From NCBI GenBank assembly GCA_050175015.1, contig JBFXJJ010000005.1:32001-96000 (forward strand): 64,000 nt of DNA, in the 5' to 3' direction. A model generated the notes under the pieces. It was not told the origin of the DNA. It saw only the letters and a program-made list of their open reading frames with translations, and made no database searches. This DNA comes from Alphaproteobacteria bacterium. Lineage in GTDB: Bacteria > Pseudomonadota > Alphaproteobacteria > JBFXJJ01. The stretch's first letter is position 1. The number at the start of each line of letters is the position of its first letter. The position numbers and the translations under genes are program-made. Shown piece after piece: positions 20,053 through 30,855 of this stretch.

Positions 20053-20718
20053 TCATACTCCAGCAAATTGGAGGAATCTTAAACTGTCTAGTCTAAACTT
20101 TTCTCCGTCTTTAGAAATAAATACCTCTTTTTCTTTTGTGTTTCTACTAATTAAAACATTGGCACCAATAAAATTTTCACGCTCAATCGTAATGTTGTGT
20201 CCGATTGTGGCATTGATTCCTAAAAAACAATTTGATTTTATAGTGCTGTCGCCTGCGATTGTAACGCCTGACGTTATCCAGCAGTTATCCTCAACATTAC
20301 AGCCGTGAGCAACAACGGCTCCACTCCAAATAATATTGCTGTTGCCAATTTTAGCAAAAGGCTGCACTGAGGCGTGGTCTAAAATAATATTATTTTCACC
20401 AATCGTTACATTGCTATGCCAGACAACACTGGAATCAATATAATTTACAAAAGAATATCCTTTGGCTTTGGCTTCACCATATTTTTTTTCACGAACGCTG
20501 TTCATTCCAATATAGCCAACTGCAATCAGCATCTTATAATCGTTGGGAGCAAAGTGTTTTTCAATCTCATCAAAAGCTATAACAGGGAGATTTTCTAAAA
20601 CATCTTCTTTTAAAAAAGCTCTATCGACTGTAAATGCGACAACATCAAAGGTGTTTTTTACAAAATGATAAATTATTTGAGCTATTTTGCCATTGCCGAA
20701 GATAACAATTTTTTCCAT
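20053..20718 (-). CDS. Hexapeptide-repeat sugar acyltransferase (NeuD/PglD-like)
   Basis: N-terminal IVIFGNG Rossmann-like segment plus left-handed beta-helix repeats. Confidence 0.88.
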   Translation of the reverse strand: MEKIVIFGNGKIAQIIYHFVKNTFDVVAFTVDRAFLKEDVLENLPVIAFDEIEKHFAPNDYKMLIAVGYIGMNSVREKKYGEAKAKGYSFVNYIDSSVVWHSNVTIGENNIILDHASVQPFAKIGNSNIIWSGAVVAHGCNVEDNCWITSGVTIAGDSTIKSNCFLGINATIGHNITIERENFIGANVLISRNTKEKEVFISKDGEKFRLDSLRFLQFAGV

Positions 20719-20730
20719 TAGTTTAAGCCT

Positions 20731-21956
20731 TTATTTTTTTGAAACCGCATATAAAACAGTTTCTTCCTTGTGCATTGTATGATGGTCTAAGTAGAAAACA
20801 TAGTCATTGAAATTTTCTTTTAACCACAAAGGAATAGCAAAAAAATCTTCATTGTTGTGATAAAGACAGATTGCTAATTTAGGTTTGTATTTTTTAATCG
20901 TATAAATGCACCTTTTAAAGCATCTAATTCAAAACCTTCAATATCCATTTTAATAAAATCAATTTTTTTAGCGTTGTTCTGAGAACAAAAATCATCAATA
21001 TTGATGATTGAAAAACCTTGATTATTACTTAAATTAAAGCCTGGTTTTATAACTAAGTCGCTGTTTTCAATGCTGTTTCCTAAAATTTTTGTTTCTTTGC
21101 CAACCGCATAAGGAACATAGGTTATGTTGCTGGCAAGTCCATTTTGTTCAGCATTAAGTTTTATAACTTTTCCGTGGGCAGGCAAGGGATCAAAGCTGTA
21201 AATATGACCATTAGAGCCAACTGATTTAGCAAAAACGACGGCAGTATCACCAACACAAGCCCCAGCATCAATAAGAATATCTCCTAAAGACGGCTTAACT
21301 GAAATGCCGTCTCTATTAAAATAATATTGTTTGATATGTAAATATAAACCTATTGCAGAGGTCATTGTCTCCAAGTTTATTATTCCTTCATCTAATGGGA
21401 TACCTTCAAAATGTTCTATTCTTCCCAACTCTGAAGTCATATTAGATGATGAATTAGATTTATAATATTTTTTACCTTCATCATAGATGGCTTTAAAATA
21501 TTCCCAAGTAAAATTCTCTTTAATTCTAATGTGTTGATAACCTAAAATACGGTAAAGGATTAATTTGATGTAAAGTTCTTTAGAAGCATTGTCTGATAGC
21601 AAGCTGTAACTTTTAAAGAATTTATCCTTGTTTAATAATAAAAAATCAAAATATTTGAGGTTAGGGCGTTTAGCCTCATTAACAATTTTGTCATTTTGGA
21701 AACGAAAAAAATCATAATTATCAGGGATGGTTTCTTTTAAGCTCTTTTTAATGTTTGAGGCTATGCAACTTATAAATTGAGCTTCATTTGCTATTTTTTC
21801 AAATGATATTAATTCATTATCTTGAGATGCTGATAGAATTTTATTTGCTACTTGTTTTGTTTTAATCTTATCTAACTTATTTTTAAAAAGATAATAGGTT
21901 TCTAAAGCTACATCTGGGGTGTTTTGCTTTATTTTTTGTTTTATGACTGTAAGCAT
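20731..21956 (-). pseudogene. FkbM-family methyltransferase with a 1-nt frameshift near 20903
   Basis: IDAGACVG and IDFIKMDIEGFELDALKGA; the conserved tail TIKKYKPKLAICLYH...ETVLYA continues in another frame to a stop at 20731. Confidence 0.8.
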
Positions 21957-22039
21957 TTATGAGGTTCTCTTAAATCTTAGTAAATAGCTTTTTATATGTA
22001 GCATAATAATCAAATTTGTAAATTAAACAACGCCATAAT

Positions 22040-22729
22040 TCAAATTAATTCGTATGAATTAAGCTGCTCAGTTATCATATTTTTATGATTAAACATAAGA
22101 ACATCAATAATTGATAAATTTGGTATAAAATCATGGTTAAACTGCGGATAAGCAGTTGGAATATTTTTAATAAAACTAAGTGTTATATTTTGCTTTTTAA
22201 ACAATGACTTATCATAAAGATCTACGCCGCCAATCGCATTAATATAATCTGATGCCTCTAAAGCTTTACATATAGCAATAATTTTATCCTGACCTTTTAA
22301 ATCATTGTCTTTTGAAAGCTTGCTAGAATAAACAAAAGATGTTGAAATATCTAAATATTTACTAATTTCGACAATCGAGTAACCTATGTATTTTGCCAGA
22401 TTTTTTTCAGTGTTTAAAAAAATGTTTTCTAATAAAGGAAAGACAGCTTTAAATTGGGAGGCTTTTTTATAAGATTGTTCAACTGTTTTTAATATTTTGG
22501 TTGAGTTTTCTCCAATATCGGTTTGATTTATAAACTTATTTTGACTTGCATGTTTTAGCTCCAAAGTAAAACGGTAAGGCTGGTTATTAACCAAGATGGA
22601 ATTGCGGTTTATATAACCCTTATTGATGAAATTAACGTCATCAAAAATTACAAAGGTATCAACCGCATTAATTAGCTGCCAATAACCGATATACGGCATA
22701 AAATAGGGCTGCATAATTGCAAGTTTCAT
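22040..22729 (-). CDS. WbqC family protein (putative aminoacyl transferase)
   Basis: AIMQPYFMPYIGYWQLI, YINAIGG..LY, LSIIDVL. Confidence 0.9.
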   Translation of the reverse strand: MKLAIMQPYFMPYIGYWQLINAVDTFVIFDDVNFINKGYINRNSILVNNQPYRFTLELKHASQNKFINQTDIGENSTKILKTVEQSYKKASQFKAVFPLLENIFLNTEKNLAKYIGYSIVEISKYLDISTSFVYSSKLSKDNDLKGQDKIIAICKALEASDYINAIGGVDLYDKSLFKKQNITLSFIKNIPTAYPQFNHDFIPNLSIIDVLMFNHKNMITEQLNSYELI

Positions 22730-22739
22730 AAATTATATC

Positions 22740-24632
22740 CTATAAATATTTGTGTTTTAATAGATAATCAAAAACAATTTGAGCTTGCTCCTCAGCTGTA
22801 CCCTTGGAGCCATCTATGATTATTTCTGAATTTTTAGGCTTTTCATAAGGTGCTGAAATTCCAGTAAAATTGGGAATTTTGCCTTCCCTTGCTTTTTTAT
22901 ATAATCCCTTAACGTCTCTCTTTTCACATATTTCTATTGGAGTTTTAATCCATATTTCTAGGAATTCACCGTCTTCTAATAAACTTCTAGCCATTTCTCT
23001 TTCGCTTTTAAATGGTGAAATAAAAGCTGTTATAACTATTAAACCAGCATCTATCATTAATTTAGAAACTTCTGCGATACGTCTTATATTTTCTACCCTA
23101 TCAACATCGGTGAATCCTAGATCCTTATTAAGCCCGTGTCTTATGTTATCACCATCTAATAAATAGGTATGTTTATTTTCGGATAAAAGCTTTTTTTCAA
23201 TAATGTTTGCTATCGTAGATTTTCCAGATCCGGACAAACCTGTAAACCAAAGAACAAAAGGTTTTTGTTTTTTCTGGTTAGCTCTAGTTGTTTTATTAAC
23301 ATCTAAATGTTGCCAATGAACGTTTGTTGATCTTCGTAATTCATAATTAATTATTCCTGCTCCGACAGTATTGTTTGATATTTTATCAATTAATATAAAC
23401 CGTCCAGTATTAGGATTATCTTTAAACACATCAAATGCTAAATCTTCATATACAAAAACATTACAACAGCCGATTTCATTGAGCTGCAAAGTTTTAGCAG
23501 ATTCTTTGACCATAGTGTTAACATTAAGACGATATTTTAACTCGGTTATTTGAGCTGAGGTTTCTGTTGTGCCTAGTTTTATAAAATAGGGGCGTTCAGG
23601 TAATAGTTCTTTTTCATCTAACCAAACTATTTGTGCTTGAAACTGGTTAGCTTGAATGGGACATTTCGAGACTTCTGATAAAACATCTCCTTTTGAAATA
23701 TCTATTTCATCTTCTAAAACAATCGTTATAGATTGCCCCGCAATAGCTTCATTTAGTGAGCCATCAAAAGTAACAATATCTTTAACACGAGACGTCTTTC
23801 CTGAAGATACGACCAAGATATCATCACCTTTTTTTACCGAACCACTGACGATTGTTCCAGAAAAACCTCTAAATTTATGATTTGGTCTATTAACCCATTG
23901 AACAGGCATTCTAAATGGAAGATTTATCTTTTTTTCATCTATTTTGACATTTTCCAAGTATCCTAAAAAACTAGGTCCTTTATACCATTTTGTTTTATCT
24001 GAATTGTTGACAACATTAGTGCCATTTAAGGCTGAAATTGGAATGCAGGCGATTTCTTCAAATGCAAAGTTTTGGGCAAATTTTTGATATTCTTGTTTAA
24101 TTTTAGAGAATGTTTCCTGATTATAATTTACTAGATCCATTTTGTTGATTGCTAATAAAACCTTTTTAATACCCATTAAAGAAACTATTAAGCTATGTCT
24201 CTTTGTTTGAGGCAAAACGCCTTTGGTGGCATCAATTAAAATAACTGCTACATCTGCCGTTGATGCTCCTGTTGCCATATTTCTTGTATACTGCTTATGC
24301 CCAGGGGTATCTGCTACTATAAATTTACGTTTGTCAGTTGTAAAAAAACGATATGCAACATCAATGGTAATGCCTTGCTCTTGCTCTGCTTGCAATCCGT
24401 CTAACAACAAAGCATAATCAATATTGTCGCCTTGAGTACCAAATTTTTTGCTTGTGTTTTCTAATGATTGTAATTGATCTTCAAAGATTAATTTAGTATC
24501 CCATAATAAACGACCAATTAATGTACTTTTGCCATCATCAACACTGCCACAAGTGATAAATCGTAGTAACTCTTTGTTTTCTTGCTCTTTTAAGTAAGAA
24601 GCTACATCTTGATTAATAACTTCAGATTGCAT
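22740..24632 (-). CDS. cysNC: Bifunctional sulfate adenylyltransferase subunit 1 / APS kinase (CysN-CysC fusion)
   Basis: CGSVDDGKST, QGITIDVAYRFF, DTPGH; C-terminal TGLSGSGKST and LDGDNIRH; likely start ATG 24632. Confidence 0.96.
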   Translation of the reverse strand: MQSEVINQDVASYLKEQENKELLRFITCGSVDDGKSTLIGRLLWDTKLIFEDQLQSLENTSKKFGTQGDNIDYALLLDGLQAEQEQGITIDVAYRFFTTDKRKFIVADTPGHKQYTRNMATGASTADVAVILIDATKGVLPQTKRHSLIVSLMGIKKVLLAINKMDLVNYNQETFSKIKQEYQKFAQNFAFEEIACIPISALNGTNVVNNSDKTKWYKGPSFLGYLENVKIDEKKINLPFRMPVQWVNRPNHKFRGFSGTIVSGSVKKGDDILVVSSGKTSRVKDIVTFDGSLNEAIAGQSITIVLEDEIDISKGDVLSEVSKCPIQANQFQAQIVWLDEKELLPERPYFIKLGTTETSAQITELKYRLNVNTMVKESAKTLQLNEIGCCNVFVYEDLAFDVFKDNPNTGRFILIDKISNNTVGAGIINYELRRSTNVHWQHLDVNKTTRANQKKQKPFVLWFTGLSGSGKSTIANIIEKKLLSENKHTYLLDGDNIRHGLNKDLGFTDVDRVENIRRIAEVSKLMIDAGLIVITAFISPFKSEREMARSLLEDGEFLEIWIKTPIEICEKRDVKGLYKKAREGKIPNFTGISAPYEKPKNSEIIIDGSKGTAEEQAQIVFDYLLKHKYL

Positions 24633-24633
24633 A

Positions 24634-25545
24634 TCAAAAATATCCTTCTCTTTTTTTCTTCTCCATTGAACCTGCTTGGTCAAAGTCTATAACCCGACCT
24701 TGCCGTTCAGAAGTTTTTGTTAGAAGTGTCTCTTTTATTATATCCAAAAGAGTTTCAGCTTCAGATTCAATCGCACCGCTTAAGGGATAGCAACCAAGTG
24801 TTCTAAAACGAACTTTTTTCATAGTTATTTCTTTAGGATCATTTATTGGCAATCTTTCATCATCAACTAAAATTAAGTTTCCATTACGATTAACAACAGA
24901 GCGTTCTTTGGCGAAATACAAAGGTACAATAGGAATATTCTCAAGATAAATATATTGCCAAATATCTAGCTCAGTCCAATTAGAAATAGGAAAGACTCTA
25001 ATGCTCTCGCCTTTATTTATTTTAGTATTATATAAATCCCATAGCTCTGGGCGTTGTTTTTTAGGTTTCCAAGTATGTTTCTTATCTCTAAAAGAGAAAA
25101 CTCGTTCCTTTGCTCTAGACTTTTCTTCGTCTCTTCTAGCCCCACCGAATGCCGCATCAAAAGCATATTTGTCTAGTGCTTGTTTCAAGCTCTGTGTCTT
25201 CATTACATCAGTATAAACTGTAGAATTATGAGTAAATGGAGAAATGCCGTCTTTGATACCATCTTCATTGATATGAACAAGTAATTTGAAGCCAATATCT
25301 TTTGCCATTTTTTCTCTGAAAGAAATCATTTCCTTGAATTTGAAAGTTGTATCTACATGCAGTAACGGAAATGGTATTGGACTAGGATAAAAAGCTTTTT
25401 GGGCTAAACGCAGCAAAACCGAAGAATCCTTTCCTATAGAATATAGCATTACAGGATTTTCAAAACTTGAAACTACCTCTCTAAAAATAAAAATACTTTC
25501 AGCTTCTAATTTTTTTAAATGGGTTAATTTATCTTCATTCATCAT
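24634..25545 (-). CDS. cysD: Sulfate adenylyltransferase subunit 2
   Basis: [44 protein letters not shown]. Confidence 0.97.
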   Translation of the reverse strand: MMNEDKLTHLKKLEAESIFIFREVVSSFENPVMLYSIGKDSSVLLRLAQKAFYPSPIPFPLLHVDTTFKFKEMISFREKMAKDIGFKLLVHINEDGIKDGISPFTHNSTVYTDVMKTQSLKQALDKYAFDAAFGGARRDEEKSRAKERVFSFRDKKHTWKPKKQRPELWDLYNTKINKGESIRVFPISNWTELDIWQYIYLENIPIVPLYFAKERSVVNRNGNLILVDDERLPINDPKEITMKKVRFRTLGCYPLSGAIESEAETLLDIIKETLLTKTSERQGRVIDFDQAGSMEKKKREGYF

Positions 25546-25547
25546 AT

Positions 25548-26348
25548 CTAAACTAAATTCAAATTATTAACGGCAAAAATGCCTTCTACTTTGATTCCTT
25601 TATTATAAACAACGTTTTCTTGGTTGTAATTTTTTAAACTGCATCCTGTTGCCTCTAAAATGGCATGCCCCCCAGCAACATCCCAGATATAAAAATGATT
25701 TGCTTTGATATAAGCATCTGCTTTGCCTTCAGCAACATAGCAAAATTTTAGGCAACTGCCCATTTTTACAGTGTCAGCGTTATACTTTTTTACAATATCT
25801 TCAGTTGTTTTATCAAAATGGCTTCTACTAACAACAATTTTTTGTATCTTTTTAGTATTAGATGGTTTTAATCTATACCAAAAATTATCTTTATACTTAT
25901 AAGATATTTTTTCTTTACACAACCCTAGATACATTTCATTTTTTGCTGGAGCATAGACCATTCCAAAAACAGGCTTGCCATTAGCAATTAAAGCAAGAGA
26001 AATTGCAAAATCATCATAATTATTAATATATTCTTTAGTGCCGTCAAGTGGGTCTAAAAGCCAGTATAGAGAGGCTTTTTTTACATATTGAAAACTATCT
26101 TTGTTTTCTTCGGATAAAACGGGAATATCAGGAGTATATAAATTTAAAATATTAGAAAAAGTAGTATGAACTAATAAATCTGCCTTAGTTACAGGAGAAC
26201 TATCCGATTTATTTTTTATATCAAAATTTTTATTTTCTCTAATAAAAATAATTTCATCTCTTAAATCTTCTATAATTTCAAAAAGTTGTAGAGGACATTT
26301 TTCTCCTATTTGTTTCTGAATTTTTGTTGGTAATAAAGAGAAAAACAA
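25548..26348 (-). CDS. cysQ: 3'(2'),5'-bisphosphate nucleotidase
   Basis: [35 protein letters not shown]. Confidence 0.92.
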   Translation of the reverse strand: MFFSLLPTKIQKQIGEKCPLQLFEIIEDLRDEIIFIRENKNFDIKNKSDSSPVTKADLLVHTTFSNILNLYTPDIPVLSEENKDSFQYVKKASLYWLLDPLDGTKEYINNYDDFAISLALIANGKPVFGMVYAPAKNEMYLGLCKEKISYKYKDNFWYRLKPSNTKKIQKIVVSRSHFDKTTEDIVKKYNADTVKMGSCLKFCYVAEGKADAYIKANHFYIWDVAGGHAILEATGCSLKNYNQENVVYNKGIKVEGIFAVNNLNLV

Positions 26349-26393
26349 TTTATAAAGTCCTTATAAGATATTTTTTTAATTCTAGGAGTATAA

Positions 26394-27164
26394 ATGTTTT
26401 ATCAAAGTATAAAAGAAAAAATTAAAGATATTTTAGGCGAAAAGCAAAGTGATAAAGTTAGAAAAATTAAAGAAAATGTTGTTGGTTCTATAGTAAGAAC
26501 TAAAGAAAATATCATTAATCCATTCTTGGTTGCTAATAAAACAAAAATATTCTGTATTGGTCAAAATAAAACAGGGACTACCTCTTTAAGACAGGTTTTC
26601 TTAGATTTGAACATTGTTGTCGGTAATCAACGAACAGCTGAGAATTTTTTAGAAGAATATTTGGAAGGAAACTTTGAACCTATTATAAAATATTGCAAAA
26701 CAGGGCAATTTTTCCAAGACTTTCCCTTTAGTTTTCCTCCAACTTATAAATATATAGATAAGGCTTATCCTAACAGTAAATTTATTTTATCGGTTAGAGA
26801 TAATCCAGAACAATGGTATAACTCGGTCGTTAATTTTCATGCTAAATTATTTGGAAATGGCCACATTCCTAAAAAGGAAGATTTGCAAAAAGCTATCTAC
26901 ATAAGAGAAGGCTATGTATGGAAAAGCTTTTCTAATATCTATAAAACGCCTGAAGATGATCTATATAATAAAGATATGATGATAGATTATTATAATAAAT
27001 ATAATAACGAAGTTATTGAATATTTTGCAGATAGACCAAATGACTTGGCAGTGATTAATGTCAGTCAAAATGACGATTATAAAAAGCTTATGAATTTTTT
27101 AAGCATAAAATCTCCATTTAATGCGTTTCCATATAAGAATAAGACTAATTATACGGCAAAATAA
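26394..27164 (+). CDS. Sulfotransferase family protein
   Basis: IFCIGQNKTGTTSL 5'-PSB loop; KFILSVRD..EQWYNS 3'-PB motif; beside the PAPS genes. Confidence 0.85.
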   Translation: MFYQSIKEKIKDILGEKQSDKVRKIKENVVGSIVRTKENIINPFLVANKTKIFCIGQNKTGTTSLRQVFLDLNIVVGNQRTAENFLEEYLEGNFEPIIKYCKTGQFFQDFPFSFPPTYKYIDKAYPNSKFILSVRDNPEQWYNSVVNFHAKLFGNGHIPKKEDLQKAIYIREGYVWKSFSNIYKTPEDDLYNKDMMIDYYNKYNNEVIEYFADRPNDLAVINVSQNDDYKKLMNFLSIKSPFNAFPYKNKTNYTAK

Positions 27165-27167
27165 CAT

Positions 27168-28283
27168 TTAACTTTTTATTATTTTTGTAATCTTATCGCA
27201 ATCTTCCAATGTTAAATTTGGGTGCAGAGGAAGGCATAAGACTTCTTCGGCTATTTTTTCAGCGACAGGCATTTTGCCTTTGGCGGCAGATGGAAGATTT
27301 TTATATGGCTCAAACTGGCTTATTAGAGGGTAAAAATAACGACGACTAAAAATATTATGTGCTTTAAGTTCTTCATAAACGTCATCTCTCGATTTCCCCA
27401 ATTTTTTTTCATCAATTAAGATTGGAAAATAAGAATAGCAATGTTTAACGCCATCGAAATCATTAAAATAAGAAATACCAGCTATTTCCTTTAGTTTTTC
27501 ACGATAATAATATGCTATTTCTTTTCTTTTTAAGATATATTCATCTACTTTAGTAAGTTGCAGGATTCCTAAAGCAGCACTAAACTCATTAACCTTGGCA
27601 TTTAAACCGATTTCATCAAGAGTTATTTCCCCTGTAAAACCAAAATTTTTTAATTTATCAATTCTTTTCTTATCTTCAAGCGTATGTGAGATAATCGCTC
27701 CGCCTTCAAAAGTGTTATAAACTTTTGTAGCGTGAAAACTCATAACAGATAAATCGCCAAAATTAAGAACAGGTATGCCTTTAAGTGTAACGCCAAAAGT
27801 ATGGCAGGCGTCATAGATAACTTTCAATTTATGTTTATCTGCTATTTCTTGAATTCGGTAAACATTACAAGGGTTGCCATATACGTGAACAGGCATAATA
27901 GCTGATGTTTTTGGAGTAATAGCAGCTTCAATTTTATCAGGATCAAGATTAAAGGTATCTGGTTCAACATCAACAAATACAGGTGATAAGTTATTCCAAA
28001 AAAGCGAATGAGTAGTTGCCACAAAACTAAATGGCGTTGTTATAACTTCTCCTGCTAAATTTAGGTGCTGCATTGCTGTAATAAGCGCTAAAGTTCCGTT
28101 AGAAAAAAGACTAATATATTTAACACCAAGGTAATCGCAAAGTTTTTGCTCTAATTCTTGGTGAAACTGCCCATTATTAGTCAAATATTTGCTTTCCCAA
28201 ATTTTTTGCAAGTATGGGATTAGTTGATTAAGTTCAGGCAGAGATGGCTCAGAAACATATATATTTTTATTTTCTAAAGACAT
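27168..28283 (-). CDS. DegT/DnrJ sugar aminotransferase (VioA-like)
   Basis: LTNNG, FSNGTLAL, YDACH, SFHATKVYNTFEGG, RRYFYP. Confidence 0.9.
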   Translation of the reverse strand: MSLENKNIYVSEPSLPELNQLIPYLQKIWESKYLTNNGQFHQELEQKLCDYLGVKYISLFSNGTLALITAMQHLNLAGEVITTPFSFVATTHSLFWNNLSPVFVDVEPDTFNLDPDKIEAAITPKTSAIMPVHVYGNPCNVYRIQEIADKHKLKVIYDACHTFGVTLKGIPVLNFGDLSVMSFHATKVYNTFEGGAIISHTLEDKKRIDKLKNFGFTGEITLDEIGLNAKVNEFSAALGILQLTKVDEYILKRKEIAYYYREKLKEIAGISYFNDFDGVKHCYSYFPILIDEKKLGKSRDDVYEELKAHNIFSRRYFYPLISQFEPYKNLPSAAKGKMPVAEKIAEEVLCLPLHPNLTLEDCDKITKIIKS

Positions 28284-28338
28284 TAGTTTAACAACTCTAT
28301 GATTAAAAATTTTTTAAGTTAAATTTATTTTTAAACAA

Positions 28339-28376
28339 TAAAGCACAAAGAAACAATCAATTTTCTCTGTGCTTTA
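28339..28376 (-). terminator. Hairpin downstream of hcp
   Basis: TAAAGCACA-x-AGAAA ... TTTCT-x-TGTGCTTTA inverted repeat 29 bp past the hcp stop. Confidence 0.55.
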
Positions 28377-28404
28377 CGTTATCTAAACTATTTTTAGATT
28401 TTTT

Positions 28405-30036
28405 TTAACTAGCCATAGCTTTTAAATCATCATCAGCATCGCCAACAGGCATAATACTAAATTTTTCAACCAAAACATTTAAAACCGCAGGAGTGATAAA
28501 AGCTGGTAGCTTGGGACCTAATCTTATGTTTTTTACACCAAGATGTAAGAGAGCCAAAAGAACACAAACAGCCTTTTGTTCAAACCAAGAAATAACTAAT
28601 GATAAAGGCAGGCTGTTGACATCGGTGTTAAATGCTTTTGCAAGTTCTAGCGCCACTTTAATTGCGGAATAAGAATCATTACATTGTCCCATATCCAAGA
28701 GTCTTGGTAACTCACCAATAGTGCCTAGTTCAGAATTTATAACTCGATATTTGCCACACCCTAAAGTTAAAATTACCCAATCTTTAGGAGCTTTTTCAAC
28801 CACATCAGTATAATAGTTGCGTTCTCCTTCAGAACCATCACAGCCGCCAACCAGCATAAATCGTTTAATCGTTCCCGATTTTACCGCATCGATAACTTTA
28901 TCGGCTACGCCTAACACGGCGTTATGTCCAAAACCTACGGTATGGTATTTTTTAGGAGAATCTTCTTTGAAACCATCAGCTTTTAATGCCGCATCAATTA
29001 CGGGTGAAAAATCTTGATTTTTAATATGAACAACATTTGGCCAAGCAACAACACTATTAGTAAAAATACGGCTTATATAATCAGCCTTTGGTTCCTGAAT
29101 ACAGTTAGTTGTCATTAAAATAGATCCTGGAAATTCGGAAAACTCTTTGCGTTGAAGCTGCCAAGCACCGCCGAAATGACCAACTAAATGTTTATATTTT
29201 TTAAGTTCTGGATAGCCGTGAGCAGGGAGCATTTCACCGTGAGTATAGATATTAATTCCTTTGCCTTCAGTTTGTTTTAGCAGCTCTTCTAAATCTTTCA
29301 GATCGTGCCCTGAAACCAAGATTGCTTTTCCCTTTACATATCCCATCAAAACTTGTGTTGGAACAGGGTTGCCATATGCCGAAGTATTGGCTTCATCTAA
29401 AAGAGCTAAAGTTTTGACACTAATTTCGCCGCAGCGCATATTAAGAGCAAAAAGACTCTCAATAGTTTGCTCGGGCTTGGTTATGGCATCGAAAGCTTCA
29501 TGTATAAAAGCATATATTTCAGAATTGTCTTTGCCAAGTACGTGTGCGTGGTAAGCATAAGCTGCCATTCCTCTTATGCCATAGGTCAACAACTCTTGAA
29601 GTCCTGTAATATCGGCGCCGTTTTTAGCGATGCGCTTATCTATAGAGCTGCACTCGCCTTGTTTTAACAATCCTTCTTTGGTTGCCTCTGGTTTCCAAGG
29701 TGCAGGGCAGGTTAAAACTTCTTCATCTTTTTTAGCTTTTTCATATTTACTAACAATTTTTTGTTTTATTTCCCACGCTTTGCCTAAAATTTCTCGCATT
29801 CTATCAGCATCAAAATTAACGTTAGTTACCGTGGTAAATAAAGCTTCTAAAGTAAAAACATTAACTTCATCATCTTCAATTCCAAGCAATCTAGCTCTAT
29901 GAGCATACATTGAAATAGCTTTAGTAACATTGGTCAAAAGATCTTGTAAAATTGCAACTTCTGGGGTTTTACCGCAAACGCCTTTTATCGTACAAGCTGT
30001 CCCTTTTGCCGTTTGTTCACACTGATAACAAAACAT
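28405..30036 (-). CDS. hcp: Hybrid cluster protein (hydroxylamine/NO reductase)
   Basis: MFCYQCEQT...C...GVCGK, SGHD, YTHGEMLPAH, GGCDG, GQCND, WFEQKA. Confidence 0.98.
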   Translation of the reverse strand: MFCYQCEQTAKGTACTIKGVCGKTPEVAILQDLLTNVTKAISMYAHRARLLGIEDDEVNVFTLEALFTTVTNVNFDADRMREILGKAWEIKQKIVSKYEKAKKDEEVLTCPAPWKPEATKEGLLKQGECSSIDKRIAKNGADITGLQELLTYGIRGMAAYAYHAHVLGKDNSEIYAFIHEAFDAITKPEQTIESLFALNMRCGEISVKTLALLDEANTSAYGNPVPTQVLMGYVKGKAILVSGHDLKDLEELLKQTEGKGINIYTHGEMLPAHGYPELKKYKHLVGHFGGAWQLQRKEFSEFPGSILMTTNCIQEPKADYISRIFTNSVVAWPNVVHIKNQDFSPVIDAALKADGFKEDSPKKYHTVGFGHNAVLGVADKVIDAVKSGTIKRFMLVGGCDGSEGERNYYTDVVEKAPKDWVILTLGCGKYRVINSELGTIGELPRLLDMGQCNDSYSAIKVALELAKAFNTDVNSLPLSLVISWFEQKAVCVLLALLHLGVKNIRLGPKLPAFITPAVLNVLVEKFSIMPVGDADDDLKAMAS

Positions 30037-30109
30037 ACTTTATTCTCCTTTTAAGTTTTAAATTTATTTAATAATACTTAAATGGTAATATTTTTTAAAT
30101 TAGATAAAA

Positions 30110-30123
30110 TTGACTATAGTCAA
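30110..30123. promoter_or_regulatory. Fnr/Dnr/HcpR-type binding site
   Basis: Perfect palindrome TTGAC-TATA-GTCAA between divergent hcp and the Crp/Fnr gene. Confidence 0.8.
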
Positions 30124-30155
30124 GTGGTTTAGTTTTTTTAAAAAAAGGCTTAATA

Positions 30156-30854
30156 ATGAATATTGATAATGGGCGTGATTTAATTAATGCCGATTTTGAG
30201 CTTCTCAAAAACACAAGTTTTTTTTCTAAGCTTAAAGATGAATCAATTAAAGATTTATTCAATGGCGCTTATGTGAAATGCTATTCTAAAGGTCAGCTTT
30301 TGTTTCTTCAAGGTGATATGGCTGAGGCTTTTTATATTGTTATTGATGGCTGGGTTAAGCTTTTCCGCAATAGTGAAGATGGACAGGAAGTTGTTATCGC
30401 CGCTTTCTCTCACGGTGATATTTTTGCCGAAGCGGCTATCTTTGGTGAAGGTAAATATCCTGTTTCAGCATCTATAATTGAAGATGCTAAGCTTTTAGTC
30501 GTGCCAAGAAAAATATTTTTAGAACGGCTAAAAAATAATTCAGAATTATGTTTCGAGATTTTTGCATCTATGTCAAAACATCTGCGTTTTATGGTTAGCC
30601 ATATGGAACAAATGGGAACAAGATCTGCGCCACAACGATTAGCTGGTTTTTTATGCAATTTAGCTCAAGATGAAAATGGCAAAATTATAGCCAATCTTCC
30701 TCACGACAAAAGCCTAATTGCGGCAAGACTTGGAATGCAGCCCGAAACGCTTTCTCGCTCTTTTGCCAAATTAAAATCTATGGGAGTAGAGGTTGATGGG
30801 CTTAAAATTATTATAAATAGTTTACTTAAATTAAAAGATTTTGCTGGAGAATAA
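30156..30854 (+). CDS. Crp/Fnr family regulator (Dnr/NnrR/HcpR-like)
   Basis: cNMP-binding domain (GDIFAE), HTH LGMQPETLSR; no FNR N-terminal Cys cluster; divergent from hcp. Confidence 0.92.
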   Translation: MNIDNGRDLINADFELLKNTSFFSKLKDESIKDLFNGAYVKCYSKGQLLFLQGDMAEAFYIVIDGWVKLFRNSEDGQEVVIAAFSHGDIFAEAAIFGEGKYPVSASIIEDAKLLVVPRKIFLERLKNNSELCFEIFASMSKHLRFMVSHMEQMGTRSAPQRLAGFLCNLAQDENGKIIANLPHDKSLIAARLGMQPETLSRSFAKLKSMGVEVDGLKIIINSLLKLKDFAGE

Positions 30855-30855
30855 A

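Noticed and set aside
24633-24683. N-terminal extension of CysNC overlapping cysD
   Set aside because: ATG 24632 directly after the cysD stop is the more plausible start
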